Below are positions 1-7,454 of a DNA stretch of 64,000 bases, one piece after another (position 1 is the first letter of the stretch; every line of letters starts with the position of its first letter). The stretch covers positions 134,357-198,356 of the forward strand of contig JASBSB010000001.1 in assembly GCA_030149205.1 (NCBI GenBank). Reading direction: 5' to 3'. The position numbers were made by a program, and so were the translations under genes. Source of the DNA: Candidatus Heimdallarchaeota archaeon (GTDB lineage Archaea; Asgardarchaeota; Heimdallarchaeia; Heimdallarchaeales; Kariarchaeaceae). The notes under the pieces were generated by a model. That model worked only from the letters and a program-made list of their open reading frames with translations, had not been told where the DNA came from and did no database searches.

Positions 1-114
1 TCAATAGTAGATTCTTATCAACAAAAAGCTGCGAAATTACCACTCCCTAAAATTCTGCTCAAGTTAATCAGTTTACTGATAGAGGGAGTACAAGCTAAGA
101 TAAAGATTCTATAA
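1..114 (+). CDS. 3' end of an ORF entering from upstream of the window (unknown product)
   Basis: Frame 1 is open from base 1 to TAA at 112-114 (...KLPLPKILLKLISLLIEGVQAKIKIL*). Only 37 codons are visible and no motif is recognised. Confidence 0.2.
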   Translation, partial: SIVDSYQQKAAKLPLPKILLKLISLLIEGVQAKIKIL

Positions 115-552
115 ATTATAATTGTAAAATCATATTTGCTCTAATGTCGATTTTTGATTTTAAATTTGTTCATGAAAGGTATTGTCCATTGTAACCAGAA
201 CATCCCAATGAATTTGGGATTAAAATGAAAGAAATAGTTATTGATCGTAAAAAGAGAAGAGAAGAGTTGAAAACCAATATGGGTAGTTATCTAATTTAGT
301 GGTTTAGGTAGTTTACTTTACTAAATTAATACAATATTACAGAAGATTACAAAGATTAGATGTTTTAATTGCAAATATCATAAAAAACATTTCATCTTAG
401 TAAATTTTTTAGTTTGTACTAAAGCAGAGTATTATTTCACAAAAAACAATCTAAGTTTGTTAGAACAGAAGATAAACAACCATTTTAAGGAAAAATATAT
501 GCAAAAAGAAATTTAAGTTCGGGTTAATTCTTTTCAATGACCTAATATAATT

Positions 553-1386
553 TCAAGTGTCAAACTCTAATAAATCTATAAAGTCACACAATTTACAAAA
601 TTGACATACCTTAGATGTGAAATCTTGTTCAGGTAACTTTTTTATATTATTTAATTGTTGTGATTTTTCGTATAAATTAGAAATCTCTTGCAATAATCCC
701 CCAATCGTTTTCTGGTCAATTTTTTGAATTTGATCAAATTTTGGTTTACTATACCAAAGTTCAAGATTTATTTGCTGGTCTGGAAAAGAACTGTATAATA
801 TTTCACCATAAATTTTTATTTGATTCTCATCTTCTAGTTTTGGAGTACCCGTTTTGTATTCAATTATTCGTAATCCACCTGTTTCAGAAAATGCTACCAA
901 GTCAATCTTACCACGTATTTGAAAATTGTGGTTAATTCTATTGATAACAGTAAATTCATCTTGAATTACAAGTGATGTTATCTCATTATTATTAATTGTA
1001 ACCAAACTTTCTGCCATAAGAGCAAGATTATGAAGTTGACTTGTAATTATATCAAAACTATTTGAAAATTCTTGGCGATGGTATTTCCATGGACCTGTAT
1101 TATTCATCCATATTTTTTTTATTGAATCTAATTCAATTTCCATTGATAATAATATTGCATCCTTTATATTCTTACTTTTACGGTGATAAAAAAATTCAAC
1201 ATTACTAAAATTTCTTAGGAATACTCTCTGTAAAATTAAATGTAAAAAATTTCCCGCGTATACAAATTTGTTAGGTGTAAATGGTATTTTTATCTCCTGT
1301 TGAGCATATAATACCTGTAACATTGTTCTTCTTTTACAATTAAATTCATTTACACTTGTAACTCCTAATCTTATTGATTTATTCAT
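553..1386 (-). CDS. Cas4-like PD-(D/E)xK nuclease with predicted 4-Cys (Fe-S) cluster; last gene of the Argonaute operon
   Basis: Motif order matches the Cas4/AddB family. N-terminal Cys (SVNEFNCKRR), GNFLH, GKIDLV...RIIEYKTG (D...ExK core), QIKIY (QxxxY) and C-terminal CQFCKLC. The ATG overlaps the upstream gene's stop by 8 nt (1379-1386). Confidence 0.8.
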   Translation of the reverse strand: MNKSIRLGVTSVNEFNCKRRTMLQVLYAQQEIKIPFTPNKFVYAGNFLHLILQRVFLRNFSNVEFFYHRKSKNIKDAILLSMEIELDSIKKIWMNNTGPWKYHRQEFSNSFDIITSQLHNLALMAESLVTINNNEITSLVIQDEFTVINRINHNFQIRGKIDLVAFSETGGLRIIEYKTGTPKLEDENQIKIYGEILYSSFPDQQINLELWYSKPKFDQIQKIDQKTIGGLLQEISNLYEKSQQLNNIKKLPEQDFTSKVCQFCKLCDFIDLLEFDT

Positions 1387-3148
1387 TTAATGTCCTCCTA
1401 TTTTCCAATAAAAATTCTGAAGAATAGTGCATAGCTAATCCAAGGATAAATGGAAATTTCGGTTTTGATAAACTGTATGGGTTTATGAAGGTTTGATAAA
1501 ATACATCTTGAAGTATTTCTTGGATATCATGCAATCCTTTGATTTTTTCAATAAATAATGGTTTGGGAATACCTTCAAATAAATCATTAGGATATCCATT
1601 TGTCATAATTAATGACTTGTTATCATTAATACTAACTGATAAGCCATCAATTGCTTTAGAAGTATTTTCGATCTGTCCATAAAGGATTGAGTGTGATGAA
1701 TTAACTAAAACTAAACAAAAATTATAATGGGAAATTTTATCAATTAAAGGTAATAACTGTCTGTCTGAAATTTGAATTAAGAAGTGGTCTGAATCACTAA
1801 AATTAATCAATTTTTGTAAGAAATCATTAATTTTAACTTTTTCATCGATATTTTTGTCTCTATCATTATAAAAAATATCATGTGAAATGTTAATATTTCC
1901 CTTATTAGAACTAACACCTGATAATATCATCCATTCTCCTGCATAATATGGTGTTATATGAAGAGCGATTATATTCTGATGATACTTCATTGATACATTT
2001 TGATATAATTTTCGAGTGTATCTAAATCTAATATTCAACCAAATTAGTTTTACAATTTTTCCCCAATCATCTTCTAATATTGTTGAAAATTTAATGATTT
2101 TATTTGGAATTACAATTTTTTCTTTAGTTTTATTGTATACATATCCTGAACCCTTTATTCTATCGTCGATACATATTATAGCTGCATCTGCCTCAAATTT
2201 ATGAAGCTTGGAGACATAATAGCTTTGAATTGTAATATTTAATCCTGTAACTTCTGCAAAATATGAAATAAAATTCTGAATCTTAATGGGGGTATTATCT
2301 GTCACAGATTTATCAATTAAAAATAATATATTGCTAATAAATGGATCAAATGAAATGTTATCCTCTAAAATATCTACTAATGGAGTAGTGTTTAAAGTTT
2401 CAATAGTGTTTGAATTGATTTTTATCGACGGACTATTTATTAAATCCCCTTTCAGATTCTCAATAACAGATAATCTTACATTTCCGATTTGATTTGTATT
2501 TATTACTTTGATTATTTTAAGGAATCTTTGTTCCACTGATTCAAAATTTCGATGTAATTGTAATACTTCTTTTTCTATTACACCAGGTATTAATTTATTA
2601 GATGTTAAGTTAAATGAATTTTCAGATATTTCATGTCTGGGATCATAAAAAACCATAACCTTATCATCTCGCATCTCATGGCATTCAAACCTTTCAGCTT
2701 GAAAAATCGAATACGTGAATGTTTCATTAAACTGTTCAACAGTTTTTTCTACGATAGGATTTATTCTTTGACTAGCTACTCCTTTAGATTTTCCAATAAA
2801 TGACAGTACCTCACTGGGTCTATAATAACCTTTGTTTGAAAATGTAATATATAAGGCTGTCAATACGAATATGTCAAGATTTTGTATTTCTTTCTTTTCA
2901 TTAATCTCTGTAGTACAGATTGAAACAGGGATTGTAGCAATCTCCAAATGTGAAGGTGGTTTTTGTGCGAAAAGGTAATATGAATCCTTTACATATATAA
3001 TTGTAAATGGAACATCTGATAAAAAATCACCATTTTTTAATGCAAAGGTCAGAAAGCTAAATTCATAGTTGTACTGCATGGAAACTTTGTACATTTTTAA
3101 TACAGCTGTATCAATTTGTGCTATCCAACCAAGTATTTTGCATATCAT
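1379..3148 (-). CDS. Second, highly diverged Argonaute-like protein (MID-PIWI-like C-terminal half; N-terminal ~300 aa unassigned)
   Basis: By eye, aa ~325-592 follow the MID->PIWI motif order. YVYNKTKEKIVIPNKII is MID-like; KLIWLNIRFRY sits at the aKlGG helix position; HFLIQISDRQL at the hRDG strand position. GIPKPLFIEKI is GtprP-like and the C-terminal KPKFPFILGLAMHYS sits at the lPxPxxYA position. The ATG at 3148-3146 overlaps the pAgo TGA at 3147-3145 (ATGA). The track's GTG start at 3157 is the alternative. Confidence 0.55.
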   Translation of the reverse strand: MICKILGWIAQIDTAVLKMYKVSMQYNYEFSFLTFALKNGDFLSDVPFTIIYVKDSYYLFAQKPPSHLEIATIPVSICTTEINEKKEIQNLDIFVLTALYITFSNKGYYRPSEVLSFIGKSKGVASQRINPIVEKTVEQFNETFTYSIFQAERFECHEMRDDKVMVFYDPRHEISENSFNLTSNKLIPGVIEKEVLQLHRNFESVEQRFLKIIKVINTNQIGNVRLSVIENLKGDLINSPSIKINSNTIETLNTTPLVDILEDNISFDPFISNILFLIDKSVTDNTPIKIQNFISYFAEVTGLNITIQSYYVSKLHKFEADAAIICIDDRIKGSGYVYNKTKEKIVIPNKIIKFSTILEDDWGKIVKLIWLNIRFRYTRKLYQNVSMKYHQNIIALHITPYYAGEWMILSGVSSNKGNINISHDIFYNDRDKNIDEKVKINDFLQKLINFSDSDHFLIQISDRQLLPLIDKISHYNFCLVLVNSSHSILYGQIENTSKAIDGLSVSINDNKSLIMTNGYPNDLFEGIPKPLFIEKIKGLHDIQEILQDVFYQTFINPYSLSKPKFPFILGLAMHYSSEFLLENRRTLNE

Positions 3149-5346
3149 ATAAACCACGGCTTTTTAAAATGGAAATTCGCCATATCTTTAGGAATTTTGC
3201 CCATACCTCTACTTGATGAATGAATTGGAACTGGGAGCTTAGTTTCAATTCTATCCCATCCAGAATAACAATGGCATAAATCAAAAATCTCATAAAGAAG
3301 TTTTTCAAATCTCTCCTCATCACATTTAATATTTCTTAATACAATTGGATTTTGAGTCCCAACATTTCCTTGTGTTGAAATTAAACCAACTTCAGTCTTA
3401 GATATCCAATAAAAAGTCCCAATATGTGGCCGAAATATTCTATTTTTTTCATTCTTTGAATAAATACGAAGTGGAGACGAAGAAATTACCTCAACAATTG
3501 AATGTTTTAAATTAAGAATATTAAGGCTATGTTCAATATCTTTTAATTCTCTATCATAAAATTTTCCATTCTTTATTAAAACTACTTCATCATTATTTTT
3601 AGTGAGTAACTTAAAAGCACTTTCAAAATTTTGTTGACGATTTTCGACGTTATCAGAAATGTAGTATCCTCCACTAAATCTACCCGAATTATAATATGAA
3701 TTTAGTAACCCCCGATATTTAGTTGCATCTAGTGAGATGTTTTGAGATTGCAAACCAATATATTTTACAAAACCATTTTCATTAACATTCAGTAACCATG
3801 AATGTAGACCTAACTTTGCAATTATACCCAAAAATATATTCCGAAAATACCCATTTTGTCTTGATTCAATTTTATCCTTCAGAACATTAAAATTAATTCC
3901 CTGATGAGGATATTCATTTTTTATTAATTCACCAGATACTAATTCTTTGAATTCACTATCTACACTATCATTATCAGAATGAACCACTATGATACAATTG
4001 TTGTTATTTACAAATTTATCCATATATTCTGATAAGTCTCCCTTTTTTTCGAGAAGTTTTATTTCATCAAACTCAATTTCTGTACTAAGAAATTGTTGAA
4101 GAATGATTATTTCTTTTGTTTCTTTTAGAAATGGCTTTTTTATTAATCCTAATTGATATTCATTATACTCTCGATATAATAAAATCGATATTTTTAACTT
4201 TTCGGGACCCTTATCAAATATCCCATATTTTTGAATTTCTAATGCTGGGTAATCAGTCCTATGTGAATTACCAATAATGTAATTATTCAAATCTAATAGT
4301 CCAGAGTTACATGAGTTCCAAGATTGAAAGTTTCTAATTGGATTTAGAGTTATTGAACCCACGGTTAAATTACCTATAAAACGCATATAATTCTGTGATC
4401 GTTTAAATCTAATCGGAGGGTCAGGCCTAATTTGTTTCATCAGGGCACCTCTATCATGATAATCCAAATGTGAAAATGTTGGTAATTCTCGAATTCTTTC
4501 TAAAGGGTATGAATAATACTCATCATTATCATTTTTATAGAATGATAACGCAATAGGTGGTTCATCTTGTATAAATTCACCAAGCACGGGTGCTCTAGGA
4601 CAAATGAATTTTTGTTTGTGAAACTCAATTATATCTAAATTATCAATTATTACCTCTGAAGGTTTCTTATTTACAATTTTTTTCAATTTCACAGTCTTCC
4701 CAGTTCCAGCATATCTACAGTTTGAGAAAGGATCCTGTTTTTCTGGACATTGAATAATTGGACAAGTATCTACATAATAATTTTTCGGATTTATTTCTAT
4801 ACTAGAATATGAAAGTTTCTCTCTCAATGATACGGATGAATGAAATTTATATTTGAGATCAACTATTACTCCAACTTCACCATTTTTAAGCAAAATTGGA
4901 GCATATTGAAATCCTGGGAAAACATCAATTTTTCCAAAACCCTCGATGGTCTCAGGGCTAGAAACCTCAAATATTGAATTGTAAGTTTCTTGTATCTTCC
5001 ATAATTTATTACTATGTCGTAAATTGACAGCAATAGCATCTCCAATAATTCTTTTCAATAGATCTAAATCATCATCATTTTGGGCTGAAACTAATCTACT
5101 AGTAGGAGGAAATAAATTTACTGCCAAATCTTTTTCGAAATCATCTTCAAGTAATTCGGTTGAAATTATCTTATCTCCAAATTGAATTATAATTTTACGT
5201 CGATTATCTGGAACTTTCCTAAGATTAAGTAATACATCACCAAGTTTTCGAAAGTTTATTTCTTCTTTTTTCCTATATTCAAAGACTGTAACTTTATCTT
5301 TGAATGGTGTTTTTTCAAATTTTAAAATATTAGTTATTATTTCCAT
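3145..5346 (-). CDS. Long prokaryotic Argonaute (N-PAZ-MID-PIWI), predicted catalytically inactive
   Basis: N-terminal TNILKF; PAZ-like block DVFPGFQYAPILLKNGEVGVIVDLKYKF. The MID/PIWI junction reads YPHQGINFNVLKD...FRNIFLGIIAKLGLHSWLL. The PIWI C-terminus reads GTQNPIVL...ETKLPVPIHSS. The hRDG strand reads IKNG (nt 3565-3576), so the third catalytic Asp is Asn. Confidence 0.85.
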   Translation of the reverse strand: MEIITNILKFEKTPFKDKVTVFEYRKKEEINFRKLGDVLLNLRKVPDNRRKIIIQFGDKIISTELLEDDFEKDLAVNLFPPTSRLVSAQNDDDLDLLKRIIGDAIAVNLRHSNKLWKIQETYNSIFEVSSPETIEGFGKIDVFPGFQYAPILLKNGEVGVIVDLKYKFHSSVSLREKLSYSSIEINPKNYYVDTCPIIQCPEKQDPFSNCRYAGTGKTVKLKKIVNKKPSEVIIDNLDIIEFHKQKFICPRAPVLGEFIQDEPPIALSFYKNDNDEYYSYPLERIRELPTFSHLDYHDRGALMKQIRPDPPIRFKRSQNYMRFIGNLTVGSITLNPIRNFQSWNSCNSGLLDLNNYIIGNSHRTDYPALEIQKYGIFDKGPEKLKISILLYREYNEYQLGLIKKPFLKETKEIIILQQFLSTEIEFDEIKLLEKKGDLSEYMDKFVNNNNCIIVVHSDNDSVDSEFKELVSGELIKNEYPHQGINFNVLKDKIESRQNGYFRNIFLGIIAKLGLHSWLLNVNENGFVKYIGLQSQNISLDATKYRGLLNSYYNSGRFSGGYYISDNVENRQQNFESAFKLLTKNNDEVVLIKNGKFYDRELKDIEHSLNILNLKHSIVEVISSSPLRIYSKNEKNRIFRPHIGTFYWISKTEVGLISTQGNVGTQNPIVLRNIKCDEERFEKLLYEIFDLCHCYSGWDRIETKLPVPIHSSSRGMGKIPKDMANFHFKKPWFI

Positions 5347-5348
5347 AT

Positions 5349-6035
5349 TTATCTCTCTTTGTTTTTAAGTAACTCAAATGAACTTATCACCGCAAGGTCT
5401 GTGTTAACCGTTTTTGTTAGTATTTTCTTACAAGCTGAATGCATTATGAAAAATCCTGTACCTAACGCAGTTTTCATTAACTCGTTTTTTGCGGATTGCA
5501 ATAAAATATCATTAACTATTATTTCAGGATGAACTGATGTTGAAAAATATACTTGGATTGTAAATGAACTCGTATCATCCAAAAACAAAAAAGAATTTAT
5601 TCCATCTTTTTTCCAATTACACTTCAGTGAAAAAAGATCTTCAATTCTTGAATTAAACCCGTCTAATCTATTAAATTCTTCGCTAATTTCTTTGATAGGT
5701 AGTATAATTGAAGATTTTAACAAATAATTCCCCATAACTCTCAGGTGCCAATTAGAATTAAATTTATCTACGTCTAATACTTGTATAGTTTGATTGGATT
5801 GATACAATCCTGTATCTTCTTCATAAGAAAGCAGATTATCTTTAGTTAATTGGCTAAGTATCATTTCAACTTCTACATTTGGTATATGATCAAAATATAG
5901 ATTACTTCTCCCAGAACTCATCCAAATATGTTTCACTATATTTGATTTTTTTGCACTACCATAATCTCGCAGGAAATCAAGAATTAATTTTTTAATTGCT
6001 TTCTCCATTGAATCTTTAGGTTTCATATCAATCAC
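5349..6035 (-). CDS. Winged-helix (wHTH)-like N-terminal domain protein with uncharacterised C-terminal domain; Argonaute-operon gene 2
   Basis: The N-terminal ~75 aa (EKAIKKLILDFLRDYGSAKKSNIVKHI...ILSQLTKDNLLSYEEDTGLY) has a wHTH-like helix/wing pattern. The GTG at 6035 overlaps the upstream TGA (GTGA); an ATG at 6026 is the alternative. Only 2 nt separate its stop from the pAgo ATG. Confidence 0.5.
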   Translation of the reverse strand: MIDMKPKDSMEKAIKKLILDFLRDYGSAKKSNIVKHIWMSSGRSNLYFDHIPNVEVEMILSQLTKDNLLSYEEDTGLYQSNQTIQVLDVDKFNSNWHLRVMGNYLLKSSIILPIKEISEEFNRLDGFNSRIEDLFSLKCNWKKDGINSFLFLDDTSSFTIQVYFSTSVHPEIIVNDILLQSAKNELMKTALGTGFFIMHSACKKILTKTVNTDLAVISSFELLKNKER

Positions 6036-7072
6036 CTGACTATCTCCTTAATCTTTGACTTTAGTTCTTCAGAATTATCTACAATTACAACATTCTTAAA
6101 ATTGTAGCGTATTTCATCATAATATTGATTAGAATTGTTTAAAATAATAAAATGGGTAATATCAATAAACGAAGTAAAAGCAAAATTAATTTCATCTACC
6201 TCTTCAGAAGGTAAATGCATATCTACAATCCATAATCCAATTTTTAGGTTATTCAATTCAATGTAAATGGGAATTGTTATACTCTCATTCTGACTATTTG
6301 TAATCTTTATTTCCTTACGGATAAAAATTGGATTGAATTCTTGAATTACATTGAGGAAGCTTTGACCAATTTTCTCCTGTAAATACTTGAAATCATCACT
6401 GAAAGCCGGAATTCCAGATATTTCCTCAAAATCTTTTGCTGTGTATTTTGTTCTCATTTGAGAGCTTGATTTTGTAATTATTTGTTCTATTATATCTTGA
6501 AATATTTGTTTAGGATTACGAATTAGAATATTATATTTTGATAGCTCTTCAAGACATTTACTCTTAATATTATCGAATGGACTTGATGGATGATTGGGGG
6601 CAAAATAATTCCAAACAAATTCTATTTTTTTGAATACTTCAATTTTTTTCTGATCTGTGAATTTTCCTTTGAAAAGAGAATTTATTCTACCTTTATCAGC
6701 ATTTGAAATTTCTAAATTGTTCTGAAGGTTTTGTTGAATTTGCAGTAGTTCAGTAATTTCTGCATTCCAACCCGATTGAGTTGTAAATCGAAATTTAATT
6801 TCTTTTCCAGATAAATTTTTTTCATCTTCCTGTATGAACTTTGTTAAAATTGGTATCAAACTTGATTTATTCCAGACACTATGTTCTTTTTTCTTTACCT
6901 GTTCAAATATAAAGTACCCAGTATATTCTATGTTAATATCTTCTAATTCATCATCCTTTGATTCAAATTCAATTGATAAAATCTGATCTCCTTTAATGAA
7001 TTCAATGACTCTTAGTACTCCAACCATATTTTGGTAATTAATACCATAGTTTGTATCAATTCCACTTGGCAA
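6032..7072 (-). CDS. DUF4297 / Cap4-type dsDNA-endonuclease-like (PD-(D/E)xK fold) N-terminal domain protein; first gene of the Argonaute operon
   Basis: The N-terminus (YGINYQNMVGVLRVIEF...IEFESKDDELEDINIEY...FEQVKKK) matches the G-x-x-YQ ... E..D.D ... QxK pattern of DUF4297 nuclease domains. The C-terminal ~220 aa are unassigned. A TTG start at 7072 is needed to include the YQ motif. Confidence 0.6.
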   Translation of the reverse strand: MPSGIDTNYGINYQNMVGVLRVIEFIKGDQILSIEFESKDDELEDINIEYTGYFIFEQVKKKEHSVWNKSSLIPILTKFIQEDEKNLSGKEIKFRFTTQSGWNAEITELLQIQQNLQNNLEISNADKGRINSLFKGKFTDQKKIEVFKKIEFVWNYFAPNHPSSPFDNIKSKCLEELSKYNILIRNPKQIFQDIIEQIITKSSSQMRTKYTAKDFEEISGIPAFSDDFKYLQEKIGQSFLNVIQEFNPIFIRKEIKITNSQNESITIPIYIELNNLKIGLWIVDMHLPSEEVDEINFAFTSFIDITHFIILNNSNQYYDEIRYNFKNVVIVDNSEELKSKIKEIVR

Positions 7073-7091
7073 TATTTTAAATCTAGTTTTC

Positions 7092-7102
7092 TTTATAATA
7101 AT
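7092..7102 (-). promoter_or_regulatory. TATA-box-like element upstream of the Argonaute operon
   Basis: The minus strand reads attattataaa about 25 nt upstream of the TTG start at 7072, a spacing compatible with a leaderless or short-leader archaeal transcript. TATA-like strings are common in this AT-rich DNA. Confidence 0.3.
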
Positions 7103-7454
7103 TCAGAGATATTGTAATAATCAAAATGAAAGTTTTAAAAATTTAAATATACAATATGTGATATCAAAAAAATTTTATTGCAAAGACTTAAAATAAATGA
7201 GAACTCGAAGCTGGATAAAGACCTATAACCGTGATTTCCTTGAAATATCTCGGATATAATCAAGAAAATAAATTAGTAAATCTAAATCTTGATTGAAATA
7301 TTCTTCGTCTACTAATTATTCTTATTATATTGTTATCTTATAAGAGTTGGAAGTACACAGATATTCGACTTGCTAAGTCAGTATACAATATATATTCAAC
7401 CAGTATCTTTCAACTATGACTACCAATTCCAAAAAAAAAATGAAATTGAATGAA

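Noticed and set aside
202-220. Perfect 7-bp hairpin atcccaa-tgaat-ttgggat in the left spacer; a similar atccc/gggat hairpin at 24797-24812
   Set aside because: These are only two short instances with different loops and flanks. That is not enough to call a repeat family or terminator, so they are kept as a note only.
225-299. 24-codon plus-strand ORF (MKEIVIDRKKRREELKTNMGSYLI) in the left spacer
   Set aside because: It is too short, has no motif and has no supporting context.
3111-3323. 70-aa minus-strand ORF overlapping the pAgo 3' end and the Ago-like 5' end; the other short antisense/overlapping track ORFs are similar (e.g. 741-935, 2016-2204, 2286-2492, 10574-10774, 13592-13897, 14021-14506, 32096-32374, 43030-43521)
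   Set aside because: All are embedded in, or antisense to, longer ORFs with recognisable domains. Their low-complexity composition is typical of shadow ORFs in AT-rich DNA.
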